64,000 bases of DNA, from assembly GCA_965279375.1 (NCBI GenBank), contig OZ257156.1, positions 1,472,001 to 1,536,000 of the forward strand, in the 5' to 3' direction. Of the stretch, positions 10,570 to 20,216 are shown piece by piece (within the stretch, counting starts at the first letter, position 1; each line of letters opens with the position of its first letter). Source of the DNA: Gemmatimonas sp. GTDB lineage: Bacteria; Gemmatimonadota; Gemmatimonadetes; Gemmatimonadales; Gemmatimonadaceae. Below the pieces are notes generated by a model. It made no database searches. It was not told the DNA's origin and was given only the letters and a program-made list of their open reading frames with translations. The translations under genes were made by a program, and so were the position numbers.

Positions 10570-10986
10570 TCAAACAGCATCGACGGACGACGCTGCAGCA
10601 CCCAGTAGATCCCAGCGATTGCCCGCGACGTCGCGAAACACGGCGACCTGGCCATACGCCTCCGTGCGTGGTGGCGATACGAACTCCACACCGGCCGCGA
10701 GAAGCCGCGCGTACGACGCGCTGAAGTCGTCCACGCGCAGGAAGAAGCCTACGCGTCCTGCGACCTGCTGCCCGATTGCAGCTGCCTGCTCGTCCCCATC
10801 AGCACGGGAGAGCAGCAGGCCGGTGACACCGCCAGCAGGCCGCACGACAACCCATCGCTTCGGGCGACCGTCATTGGTGCGTGAAGGCACGTCGTCGACC
10901 AGCTCGAACTGGAGCACGCGTACGAAGAAGTCGATCGCGATGTCGTAGTCGCGGACGATTAGTGTGACGAGTTCCAAATGTGCCAC
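10570..10986 (-). CDS. VOC/glyoxalase family protein
   Basis: VTLIVRDYDIAIDFF, KRWVVVRP, YGQVAVFRDVAGNRWDL; GTG start. Confidence 0.88.
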   Translation of the reverse strand: MAHLELVTLIVRDYDIAIDFFVRVLQFELVDDVPSRTNDGRPKRWVVVRPAGGVTGLLLSRADGDEQAAAIGQQVAGRVGFFLRVDDFSASYARLLAAGVEFVSPPRTEAYGQVAVFRDVAGNRWDLLGAAASSVDAV

Positions 10987-11030
10987 GCGCGTACTCCCGT
11001 CGGTGTGTGCTGCATCGTGTTGTGCTGACA

Positions 11031-11921
11031 CTACATCCTGGGCAGCCACATGCCCATCGTTGCGCCAAAGATGCCACCTGCTGTCGCAACGGACAGCACA
11101 ACCATCGCACCTGCCATGGCATAGCGCACGATCGGCCGCGGGCTCCTCGTCGCACGCAGCCACAGCTCGAGCACCGCGAAGGGCAGCAGAAACTGAAGCC
11201 ACGCGAGCGCCGTGAGGAATGGCCCCTCGAACGTCTTTGCGTCGAATCCGACCGGACGTCGGAAGATCACGAGCGACAGCATCAGACCGATGCGGAAGAA
11301 CCAGACCCCGTTCGACAGCAAGTACAATCGAAGCGCCCACTGCCGGTGCTCGGCGACACGCTGCGCACGCGCGGAGCGCCAGGCGACAACCGCGCACCAG
11401 ACGATTGCGATTCCGTTTGCCGACGTGCCAAGACTGCGGAGCGAGCCGCCGCTCCCGCCGCGCACCCACACGAGATACAGACCGCTGATGGTGCCGATGA
11501 TTGCGGCCAGCATGAAGGTGCGTCCCGTCCAGCGATGCACGGCAGGGGCGTGTCGCCGAACCCACGGCACGAGCTGAATGCCACCGCCGATGCAGATCAG
11601 CACCGCCACGAGCACATGCGCGACGACGGACGCATTGCCTACATGATCTCCGGCCACCCAACCGCGAGGCATCACACTGCTCCAGGCGGACATGTTGCCA
11701 GACGCCGCGGATCCACCGTAGAAGCGCAGCACGTACGCCGCGAAGATGAGCTGGCCGAGTACCGCCACGGCGACCCACAGCACAGTCGCGAGCTGCAGGG
11801 CGCGTCGCGCACTACGCAGCGGATCCGGCGCCGACGCGGAGAAACCCGCGCTGGTCTGGAGCGTAGGGAGGGGGCGATCGGTATTCACGATCGTACTGAC
11901 GTTCGGACTCACATTGGTCAT
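11031..11921 (-). CDS. DUF2306-like integral membrane protein
   Basis: Multiple TM helices; HRWTGR and EHRQWALR motifs. Confidence 0.78.
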   Translation of the reverse strand: MTNVSPNVSTIVNTDRPLPTLQTSAGFSASAPDPLRSARRALQLATVLWVAVAVLGQLIFAAYVLRFYGGSAASGNMSAWSSVMPRGWVAGDHVGNASVVAHVLVAVLICIGGGIQLVPWVRRHAPAVHRWTGRTFMLAAIIGTISGLYLVWVRGGSGGSLRSLGTSANGIAIVWCAVVAWRSARAQRVAEHRQWALRLYLLSNGVWFFRIGLMLSLVIFRRPVGFDAKTFEGPFLTALAWLQFLLPFAVLELWLRATRSPRPIVRYAMAGAMVVLSVATAGGIFGATMGMWLPRM

Positions 11922-12047
11922 GTCGTCCCTGGTAGCGAAGTCACGCTGAGGCTACCACCGTCGCACGGACGCTCGCATGATCCGCGGCTTCATTCTCTTG
12001 ATCGTGCGATTCGTTTCGAACCGTCCCTCCACAGTCGGCCCTGCCTC

Positions 12048-13076
12048 GTGAACATCCCCACTGTGCCGGCCAGCATGGCGAACGCGCTCTTTGGCTTCGC
12101 GGTCGATCGCGGAGCATCGCCACAGTCATTGCTGGATGCCGCGAATCTCACGACGGAATCGCTCGGCAAGAGCGACGGTCGCATCTCGCTGGAGCAGTAC
12201 ATGACGCTCATGCGCACGGCCGAGGTGCACTGTGCCGATCCCGCGCTGGCGCTGCATTTTGCGCTATGCGTCGGCGCGATGGAGGTGAGCGTCGTTTGTC
12301 TCATCGGGAGTACCTGCGAGACGATGGCCGACGCGGTGGCGCATCTGAATCGCTACTGTCGCCTGACACTGGATGTGGCGAGCAAGCACGGCGGCGATCC
12401 GTTCATCACCGAGCAGACGTCCGATGGGACGTGGTTGATCGACGACCGTCTGTATCCACCTCAATGCCATCAGATGACGGCGTGCACACTCCTTCGAAAA
12501 GTGGTGGGCACGCGCCAGCTCACTTCGCAGCGCTTCGTGCGCGCCGTGCACTTCGTCCACGTTGAACCGATTCCGGGGGCGGACTACGAAGCGCTCTTTG
12601 GTGCGCCGGTGCACTTCGGCATGTCACGCAATGCGATGCTGATGGATCCGGCGTGGTTCGATCTGCGCGTTCGCGTGTCACCAGCATATGTGAGTCCGAT
12701 TCTGATCGAGCATGCCGATCGACTGTTGCGATCGCTGTCAGACACACAATCCACGCGCGGGCGCGTTGCGGCGGCGATTGGAGAGCGCCTCGGCCACGAC
12801 GGCGCCAGCATGATCAGCGTCGCTCGCCATCTTGCCGTCAGCCGCGCTACGCTCTATCGCGCGCTGCAGCAGGAAGGGACGACGTTCGCGCGCGTTCTCG
12901 ACGAAGTGCGTCGTGACAAGGCCATGCATCGGCTGTCGACGGGCGGATCCACCGTGCAGCAAGTGGCGCACGAAACCGGATTCTCGGAGCCGGCGGCGTT
13001 CTCTCGCGCATTCAAGCGTTGGACCGGTGAGACGCCGCTCGGCTATCGCGCGCTGTGTCGGGTAAACGGGCGGTAA
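12048..13076 (+). CDS. AraC family regulator with N-terminal ligand-binding domain (OruR-like)
   Basis: C-terminal SRATLYRAL and GFSEPAAFSRAFKRWTGETP; FGAPVHFG; GTG start at 12048. Confidence 0.9.
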   Translation: MNIPTVPASMANALFGFAVDRGASPQSLLDAANLTTESLGKSDGRISLEQYMTLMRTAEVHCADPALALHFALCVGAMEVSVVCLIGSTCETMADAVAHLNRYCRLTLDVASKHGGDPFITEQTSDGTWLIDDRLYPPQCHQMTACTLLRKVVGTRQLTSQRFVRAVHFVHVEPIPGADYEALFGAPVHFGMSRNAMLMDPAWFDLRVRVSPAYVSPILIEHADRLLRSLSDTQSTRGRVAAAIGERLGHDGASMISVARHLAVSRATLYRALQQEGTTFARVLDEVRRDKAMHRLSTGGSTVQQVAHETGFSEPAAFSRAFKRWTGETPLGYRALCRVNGR

Positions 13077-13094
13077 GTCAGGCGACGACGCAAC

Positions 13095-14351
13095 TCACGT
13101 CACCGCCTGACGCACCTGATACTGCGGCTCTCGCCAGACTTCGGTTCGCAGCACCTCTTCAAGAATGTCCACAGCGCGCGCGATGTCAGCGAAGCGCAAA
13201 TACAGCGGCGTCAGACCGAATCGCATAACATCGGGCGCACGGAAATCACCGATGACGCCGCGCGCAATCAGCGCCTGCATGACGGCGTACGCATCCGGGT
13301 GACGGAAGGACACATGACTTCCGCGTGGCGCTCCGGCCGGCGGCCCAACCAGCGACAGGCCATACGGCGCGCATCGCGTCGCCACGAGATCGATCAGTAG
13401 CGTCGCAAGCGCGCGTGACTTCTCGGCGATCTGCTGCATGTCCACCTCGAGATGCAGATCGACACCGCTCTCGAGTGCCGCAAAGGCGAGAATTGGCGGC
13501 GTGCCGCAGAGGAATCGGTCGGCGCCGGACGCTGCTTCGTACTGGTCCACGAACGCAAACGGACGCGCGTGACCCAGCCACCCGCCCAACGGCGAGTGCA
13601 GTGAGCCGTGATGCCGCTCGGCCACATACAGGAACGCCGGCGCTCCGGGACCACCGTTGAGAAACTTGTAACCACACCCGACGGCCAGATCCGCGTTGCA
13701 TGCGTTCAGCTCGAGCGGCACCGCGCCGACGCTGTGGCTCAGGTCCCAGAGCATCAAGGCGCCGCGCGCATGCGCTGCACGCGTCATGGCGGCCATGTCG
13801 AACATGTCTGCGGTCTTGTAGTGCACGTGTGTCAGCAGCACGAGCGCTGTGTCGTCGTCGATGCGCGACGCGAGTTCCTCGCGTGGCGCCAGCACGAGTC
13901 GATGCCGTCCGCCGAGCGAGGCGATCGCGGACTCGATCATGTATAGGTCGGTCGGAAAGTTGCCGGGCTCCGACAGCACTACGTGTCGCGCTGGCTGCGC
14001 ACGGAGCGCCGACATGATGAGCTTGTACAGATTCACTGACGTCGAGTCGGCAGCGATCACTTCGTGCGGGAGTGCACCGATGAGCGACGAGATCTTTGCG
14101 CCGACGCGTTGCGGCGCGCGAATCCAGTCAGCGCTGTTCCAGCTGCGGATGAGTCCCTGTCCCCATTCCTGCTGCAGCACACTGGCAACGCGCGCCGCCG
14201 TCGCCTTGGGCAATGCGCCGAGTGAATTGCCGTCGAGGTAGATCACGCCATCCGGGATGTCGAATCGGTCGCGGTAGTTGCCAAGCGGGTCGGCGGCGTC
14301 GAGTGCGGTAATGCGCTCAGCGGAATGCGAGTCGAGAGGCGTGGCGGTCAT
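13095..14351 (-). CDS. kynU: Kynureninase
   Basis: IYLDGNSLGALP, NFPTDLY, WDLSHSVGA, GCGYKFLNGGPGAP (PLP lysine), RGSHVS, GDFRAPD. Confidence 0.95.
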   Translation of the reverse strand: MTATPLDSHSAERITALDAADPLGNYRDRFDIPDGVIYLDGNSLGALPKATAARVASVLQQEWGQGLIRSWNSADWIRAPQRVGAKISSLIGALPHEVIAADSTSVNLYKLIMSALRAQPARHVVLSEPGNFPTDLYMIESAIASLGGRHRLVLAPREELASRIDDDTALVLLTHVHYKTADMFDMAAMTRAAHARGALMLWDLSHSVGAVPLELNACNADLAVGCGYKFLNGGPGAPAFLYVAERHHGSLHSPLGGWLGHARPFAFVDQYEAASGADRFLCGTPPILAFAALESGVDLHLEVDMQQIAEKSRALATLLIDLVATRCAPYGLSLVGPPAGAPRGSHVSFRHPDAYAVMQALIARGVIGDFRAPDVMRFGLTPLYLRFADIARAVDILEEVLRTEVWREPQYQVRQAVT

Positions 14352-14507
14352 GCGGCCGTCGGGGCGAAGAGATGGAATGGAACTGCGCTGCAGGTGCGTC
14401 GGTGTCAGGAGGAGTGTATGATATGCGCGGCCGACAGGACATTCGGGAGCCGTTCGGAGCTTCCGACGAGGGCGGGTCGCGTCGGGAACACGATACGGTG
14501 AGGGCTG

Positions 14508-15059
14508 GTGTCAACGCGATACGTGGCGCTGTTGCGCGGAATCAATGTCGGAGGGCATCGCGTGGCGATGTCCGATCTGCGGGCGCACATGGAGGCGCTC
14601 GGCTTTCGTGACGTCTCGACGTTCATCGCCAGTGGCAACGTCATCTTCTCCTCGCCGACGCGCCAGAAGCCGGCGGCGCTCGAACGCGTGATCGAAGCGC
14701 ATCTTGAACAGGCTCTGGGCTACGCGGTACCGACGTTCCTGCGGACGCCCGCAGAGTTGATGGCTGTGGACGCGCATCGCCCGTTTTCCGCCGTCGACTC
14801 GGAGGCCATAGGCCACACCGTGCACGTCGCGTTTCTTCGCGACACGCCCGCGCCGTCGCTGGCGACGGTACTGCGTGCTCACGAGACGGAGCGCGATCTG
14901 TTTGCCGTGCATGGTCGCGAGTTCTACTGGCTCGTGCGCGGGAAGTCGTTGGAGACGTTGGTGCCGTGGGCGAAGCTCGAGAAGCAGCTGCGTCTGGAGA
15001 CGACCATGCGCAATCGCACCTCGATTGCCAAACTCGCCGCCGTGTTAGCGAAGGGCTGA
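14508..15059 (+). CDS. DUF1697 domain protein
   Basis: YVALLRGINVGG, TFIASGNVIF, TMRN. Confidence 0.9.
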   Translation: MSTRYVALLRGINVGGHRVAMSDLRAHMEALGFRDVSTFIASGNVIFSSPTRQKPAALERVIEAHLEQALGYAVPTFLRTPAELMAVDAHRPFSAVDSEAIGHTVHVAFLRDTPAPSLATVLRAHETERDLFAVHGREFYWLVRGKSLETLVPWAKLEKQLRLETTMRNRTSIAKLAAVLAKG

Positions 15060-15063
15060 ACGA

Positions 15064-15336
15064 ATGGCACTCGGTGGATCGTTCCGCGCAACGTTGTTTC
15101 GCTATCCAGGCAAGGGCGGCTGGACTTTTGCGCCTGTGCCGGAGCGCTACGCGCCGCCGGTGACGCACGGCTGGGGGCGCACACCCGTCGAAGCGACTGT
15201 AGATGGGCACACGTGGGAGACGAGCGTTTGGCGCGGAAAAGACGGTCGCACGCTGTTGGCAGTGCCCAAGGAAGTGCGTGGCATGAAGGGCGACGGCGAT
15301 GTGGTGGCGGTGACGCTCACCTTTCGATCGTTGTAA
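15064..15336 (+). CDS. DUF1905 domain protein
   Basis: PGKGGWTF, WGRTPVEATVDG, WETSVW, VPKEVR. Confidence 0.85.
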   Translation: MALGGSFRATLFRYPGKGGWTFAPVPERYAPPVTHGWGRTPVEATVDGHTWETSVWRGKDGRTLLAVPKEVRGMKGDGDVVAVTLTFRSL

Positions 15337-15359
15337 GTCTCACAACGGAGGACCCAGCA

Positions 15360-17081
15360 ATGCGAGTAGACGCTGTGAACGGTCGCCGTATGTACGCGCG
15401 CGCTGTCGCGGTTGCGATGGCACTGGTACTGGGCGCCGCCGTACTTGCGGCGATGCCATCGGGTGAGCCGCGGCGCGCGACCGATGCGAGAGCCGCCACG
15501 GCTGATTCCGTGCCGCTCTGGACTGGACTTGGTGATCACCATCATCCGATCACCACGCGCTCAACGCTCGCGCAGCGGTACTTCGAGCAGGGTCTCAATC
15601 TGGCGTTCGCGTTCAATCACCCCGATGCGGTCCGCAGCTTCCGCAAAGCGCAGGAGCTCGATGACCGCTGCGCGATGTGCTACTGGGGCGAGGCGTTTGC
15701 GCTGGGGCCGAACATCAACATGCTGATGGATTCGGCGTCGGGCGTGGCGGCGTATGCGGCGGCGCAGCGCGCGCAGGCGCTTTCCGATGCCGTGACGCCA
15801 GTTGAGCGCGCGTACATCGGCGCGTTGGCCGCACGGTACACGACCACGCCCATGCTGGCGCGCAAGTCGCTCGATACGGCGTATGCGCGAGCGATGGCGA
15901 GAGTGGCGCAGCGTTATCCACGGGATGTCGATGCCGCAGTGCTGTACGCGGAATCCGAAATGCTGCTCGGGCCGTGGGACTATTGGCTCCCAGGCAAGCA
16001 GGCGAAGCCGCACGGTGCACGGGCCGTCGCGGCGCTCACGCAGGCCGTCGCGCGTGATCCACGTCATGCCGGAGCGTGTCACTACTACATCCACGCTGTC
16101 GAGGCGGCATATCCTGCGCGCGCCGTTGCGTGCGCCGAACGCCTGCCAACGCTGATGCCGGGCGCAGGACACGTGGTGCACATGCCGGGGCACATCTACA
16201 TCCGCGTTGGGCGGTACGCCGACGCGATTGCGCGCAACGTTCATGCGCTGCATGCGGATGAAGACCACATCGCGGACATGCCTGCGGATGGCGTGTATCG
16301 GCTGGCGCTGCATCCGCACAATGCGCACTTCCTCGCGTTTGCCGCGTCGATGATCGGTCGGTCAGCAGAAGCGCTGGACGCCGCGAGGCAGACGCGCGCC
16401 AAGGTGGACACGTCGATGCTGCGCGCGCCGGGATTGGGTGCCCTCCAGCACTACTATATGCTGCCGACGCTCGCGATGGTGCGCTTCGCGAGATGGGACG
16501 ACGTGCTGTCCGTTCCGCCGCCGCCGGAGGATTTGCCGTATCCGCGCGCACTCAGGCACTACGCACGGGTTATGGCCTTTTCCGCGCGCAACGAGCCGGA
16601 GAACGCGAAGGTGGAATTGCGCGAGCTGCGGAGAATGCGCGCCGACGAACGCGTGAAGTCGGTCACGCTCTGGGACATCAATCCCGCGTCATCGCTGTTG
16701 GAGATCGCGGACCTCGTCGCCGAGTCAGAGATTGCAGCGGCGAGTGGCAATGTTGCAGGGGCGCTCGATCTGCTGCAGCGGGCCGTCGCGCGCGAGGACG
16801 CGCTCACGTACGACGAGCCTCCGCCCTGGCATCTCCCGGTGCGGCAACAGTGGGGCGCGCTGCTGCTGCGCGTTGGTCGCGCGCGCGAGGCGGAACGGGC
16901 GTTCCGTCAGGATCTGGAGCGTCATCCCGAGAATGGCTGGTCGCTCGCCGGATTGGCTGCCAGTCTACGCGCTCAGGGGCGACGGACGGAAAGCGCGGCG
17001 GCTGAAGCACGGTTTCGGCGCGCGTGGTCTACAGCCGATGTGCCGGCACCGGTATTCACCGCGGGCGCTGCGGCTCTATGA
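15360..17081 (+). CDS. Secreted TPR-repeat protein with conserved His cluster
   Basis: GGAGGA RBS; signal peptide; AQRYFEQGL..AFNH, HYYIHAVE, HVVHMPGHIY, PENGWSL. Confidence 0.8.
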   Translation: MRVDAVNGRRMYARAVAVAMALVLGAAVLAAMPSGEPRRATDARAATADSVPLWTGLGDHHHPITTRSTLAQRYFEQGLNLAFAFNHPDAVRSFRKAQELDDRCAMCYWGEAFALGPNINMLMDSASGVAAYAAAQRAQALSDAVTPVERAYIGALAARYTTTPMLARKSLDTAYARAMARVAQRYPRDVDAAVLYAESEMLLGPWDYWLPGKQAKPHGARAVAALTQAVARDPRHAGACHYYIHAVEAAYPARAVACAERLPTLMPGAGHVVHMPGHIYIRVGRYADAIARNVHALHADEDHIADMPADGVYRLALHPHNAHFLAFAASMIGRSAEALDAARQTRAKVDTSMLRAPGLGALQHYYMLPTLAMVRFARWDDVLSVPPPPEDLPYPRALRHYARVMAFSARNEPENAKVELRELRRMRADERVKSVTLWDINPASSLLEIADLVAESEIAAASGNVAGALDLLQRAVAREDALTYDEPPPWHLPVRQQWGALLLRVGRAREAERAFRQDLERHPENGWSLAGLAASLRAQGRRTESAAAEARFRRAWSTADVPAPVFTAGAAAL

Positions 17082-17138
17082 CGGGTGCCTCCGCATCACA
17101 AGTGCATCCGTTGTCGACCGTTTGACGAAGTCTGTAGC

Positions 17139-18284
17139 ATGATCCGATCTCTCCTGACCTCCCTTCTGGGGTTGATGTGCTGCGCGGCAACGTTGTCCGC
17201 GCAGTCCCCACGCTCCGCGATGGCGAGAGACCTCGATCGCGCGATCGACCGGGCAACACGCGAATCGCACTTCATGGGTACGGTGCTCGTCGCAAGCGAT
17301 GCCGGTGTTCGCTACGCGCGATCGGTCGGCATGGCCAACGCGGAATTCAGGCAGCCCAACGGACCTGATACCCGCTTTCGCATTGCGTCAGTGACCAAGC
17401 AGTTCACCGCGTTGCTGGTGATGCAACTCGTGGACTCGGGGCGAGTACGACTCGACGGAACGATCGCGGACTATCTGCCATGGTATCCGGCAGATGTCGG
17501 TCGGCAGATCACCATCGAGCAGCTGATGACGCACATGTCAGGTACGCGCGACCTGGAAGAGATTCCCGGCTACTACGCCACCGATGACTCCACGCTCAAC
17601 TCTCATGCCGCAGTCGTCCGTCGCTATCTCATGGTGCCGCCAGCATGGACACCAGGAACGCGATTCCGCTACAACAACGGCGACTACATCATCCTCGGCG
17701 CGATTCTCGAACAGTTGACCGGACAGTCGTTCGCGTCGCTCGTGCAATCGCGCATTCTGACGCCGCTGGGGATGCGAAACTCCGGCATCGTGAAGGAGTC
17801 CGCGGTCGTGCCACGGCTTGCCGATGGTTACGACGCCGACGCCGCCGGACGTTTGCTGCGTGCGCCAGCGCCAGTGGAGCGATTCATGGCGAGCGGTGCG
17901 ATGTACTCGACGCCTCAGGATCTGATGCGCTGGCACAAGGCGCTCTTTCATCATCAACTGCTTTCCGCCGCCGGAACCGAGCGCATGTTCCGCCCCAATC
18001 AGTGGGGCGGCGCGTTGGGCAGCTGGCAGTATGATTGGACGGCCGCTTCGAACGCTTCTGCGGATTCATCGGTGGCGGCAACCAAGCGTGCGAGCGTGCG
18101 CGTGATCGAACGTCAGGGGTGGATCGGCAACTTTCGCGCGCTGACCGTGCGCATGCCGGCACGCGACGTCAGCGTGATCGTGATCGCCAATGGCGGCAGC
18201 GCCGACCTGAGCACGCTGTCGCAGGGAAATGGACTCGCCTCCGCGATCGTCGCCGCCGTCGAGCGCGGAACACGCTCACGCTAG
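17139..18284 (+). CDS. Serine hydrolase (beta-lactamase/S12 family)
   Basis: Signal peptide; FRIASVTK, LMTHMSG, FRYNN. Confidence 0.87.
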   Translation: MIRSLLTSLLGLMCCAATLSAQSPRSAMARDLDRAIDRATRESHFMGTVLVASDAGVRYARSVGMANAEFRQPNGPDTRFRIASVTKQFTALLVMQLVDSGRVRLDGTIADYLPWYPADVGRQITIEQLMTHMSGTRDLEEIPGYYATDDSTLNSHAAVVRRYLMVPPAWTPGTRFRYNNGDYIILGAILEQLTGQSFASLVQSRILTPLGMRNSGIVKESAVVPRLADGYDADAAGRLLRAPAPVERFMASGAMYSTPQDLMRWHKALFHHQLLSAAGTERMFRPNQWGGALGSWQYDWTAASNASADSSVAATKRASVRVIERQGWIGNFRALTVRMPARDVSVIVIANGGSADLSTLSQGNGLASAIVAAVERGTRSR

Positions 18285-19373
18285 CTGTTCGGTCACGCCC
18301 CGAGCCCTCGATCGGAAGAACGCGCCGCGCAACCAGCGCGCCGCGCGATCGCCGTGGCTGTCCCATACCTCATTGCGATACTCGGCGATCCGCGACTCGG
18401 CGAACTCCTGCACGCGGCGCACGTCGAGTTCCGTGAAGCGGTGGAACGGCTTGAACTGAAACGGATGCTCGCGCACGAGTCTTCGAAAGCGATCGATGTG
18501 CGGAAACTCTGAACTCAACCGCGGCGCGAGGCGTAACGCGGAGCGCAGCAGATCTCGCGCCTTCGCGTCGTCACCGAACGCGTAGCGGATGTAGCGCGAT
18601 TCGACGAGCTCCCAGAACGCCTCCGTGTCGGCGTGCGCATCGATCGCTTCGTATTCGAGCGCGGTACACAGCAGCCCCCAGAGTACATGGTCTTCCCGTC
18701 CGACCATGTTGCGCGTTGGCGACTCAGGGGCCTTCTCCCAATGACGCAGATACGCTCCCTGCATTGCGTACGCCGTTGCGAAGCCTGACCGCCACATGCG
18801 CAGGTTGAGTTCCGTCCACTCGCCCCAGAACTCGCGGCGCGGATTGAAGCCGCCGATGTCGAGAAAGAGGCGACGATATCCGGCGGCGAGCATCCCCTGC
18901 ACGGGCATGTAGCGCAAACCGTCCAGCGCGACACTTGGCGTGGTACGGCGTGGCTTGAATCGTCGATCGGTATCCTCCACCAGCGACTGCAGTCCAACGA
19001 TACCTAACGGTTGGCTGCGCAGCGTGTCCTCGAGGACTTCGAGGAAATCGCCATGCACCGTGAGGTCGTCGTCGAGAAAGGCGAGGAGCGGCGTCTTGCA
19101 GTGATTGAGCTGCTGCAGGCGACCACCGCCAATCGTCGGACGCTGCGTGTTGAAATGGATATGCAACGTCAATCCGCGACCCGCCTTGCGCAGGCGAGTC
19201 TCCACGTCGCGTGGCCGTTCGCGTGTATCCCAGTTGTACACGACATCCACCACGGTGCCGGCGGGGAGACGCGTTTCACGGAGCGAGCCAAGTAGCTGCG
19301 CGAGCCACTCTTCGCGGCGAGGGATGGTGAGCACACTCAGCGTCCAGCGTGCGCGTGATGCGTCGCGAATCAT
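18276..19373 (-). CDS. Glycosyltransferase family 2-like (GT-A fold)
   Basis: LAFLDDD (DxD), IGGFN..FWGEWTELNLRMW; start overlaps the stop of the HAD gene (ATGA). Confidence 0.75.
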   Translation of the reverse strand: MIRDASRARWTLSVLTIPRREEWLAQLLGSLRETRLPAGTVVDVVYNWDTRERPRDVETRLRKAGRGLTLHIHFNTQRPTIGGGRLQQLNHCKTPLLAFLDDDLTVHGDFLEVLEDTLRSQPLGIVGLQSLVEDTDRRFKPRRTTPSVALDGLRYMPVQGMLAAGYRRLFLDIGGFNPRREFWGEWTELNLRMWRSGFATAYAMQGAYLRHWEKAPESPTRNMVGREDHVLWGLLCTALEYEAIDAHADTEAFWELVESRYIRYAFGDDAKARDLLRSALRLAPRLSSEFPHIDRFRRLVREHPFQFKPFHRFTELDVRRVQEFAESRIAEYRNEVWDSHGDRAARWLRGAFFRSRARGVTEQLA

Positions 19374-20155
19374 TGAACCTCCTCAAGAGCAGCAACTCGC
19401 CGGATCACATCACGCCAACCGGCGATGCCCGGAATCGTCACGCGGTGTACACCGGAAATCGCCTGAAGATCTGCATGCCATGTGCCATCGTCACGCGAAA
19501 TGACGAAGCGATGCGGAACCGCCTGCAGCAGCGAGACGTCGTTGTCACCATCGCCTGCGGCCGCCACGACCGACGGCGTGATGCCAATCGCGCGCAGCCA
19601 CGTGAGGAATGCTCGCGCACCGTGTCCCTTGTCGGGGCCGCTCGTCACAGCGAGCCAATCACCACCCGAAGAAACCGCCAAGCCGCAAGCGCGAAGCGCT
19701 GACGCGAGCGGATCGAGGGATGAAAACGTCGCCGACGGTGCAGGCCGAATCGCGACCGATGCACGCCGCTCCACGTCGGGCATCAGCGTCGCTTGATCGA
19801 CATAGCATATGCCTAGCCGATTCGCTTCATCCCGAACGATCGCGCGCAGCGTCGTTGCATCGTCGCCGAGCGTGAGTATCGACCACGCGACACCATCGAC
19901 GAGCTCGTATGCGCCTGTCATGTGGCAGCTGTCGTCCCAGTGCAGCGCCACGACTGCACCGTTCTCGGCGATGAGCGGCCCGTGAACACCGAGGTCGCGC
20001 TGGTTCCGGCGCAACTCGCGCAGCGTGCGACTGGAGGTCAGTACGAGCGAGAGGCGGTCGAGGTATGGCGACAGCTCGGCGGCGTCCATGGCGTATCGAC
20101 CGTGACGGTCGAGCAGGGTGCCGTCCACATCGGAGAAGAGCAGCGTAGATGTCAT
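19370..20155 (-). CDS. HAD-IIB phosphatase, mannosyl-3-phosphoglycerate phosphatase (MpgP/YedP)-like
   Basis: FSDVDGTLLD, TSSRT, IAENGA, DKG, GDGDNDVSLL. Alternative start at 20218. Confidence 0.8.
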   Translation of the reverse strand: MTSTLLFSDVDGTLLDRHGRYAMDAAELSPYLDRLSLVLTSSRTLRELRRNQRDLGVHGPLIAENGAVVALHWDDSCHMTGAYELVDGVAWSILTLGDDATTLRAIVRDEANRLGICYVDQATLMPDVERRASVAIRPAPSATFSSLDPLASALRACGLAVSSGGDWLAVTSGPDKGHGARAFLTWLRAIGITPSVVAAAGDGDNDVSLLQAVPHRFVISRDDGTWHADLQAISGVHRVTIPGIAGWRDVIRRVAALEEVQ

Positions 20156-20216
20156 CGGCAGGTCGAGTCCTGAGCGCGAGCCTTGCTCGACCGCTTCGGT
20201 GGCTGGATGTTGGAGC

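Noticed and set aside
10980..12047. Apparent 356-aa N-terminal extension of the AraC ORF, and similar extensions at 4434, 9369, 28986 and 42920-43333
   Set aside because: The extensions overlap real neighbouring genes and have non-coding-like composition; family-typical starts lie downstream.
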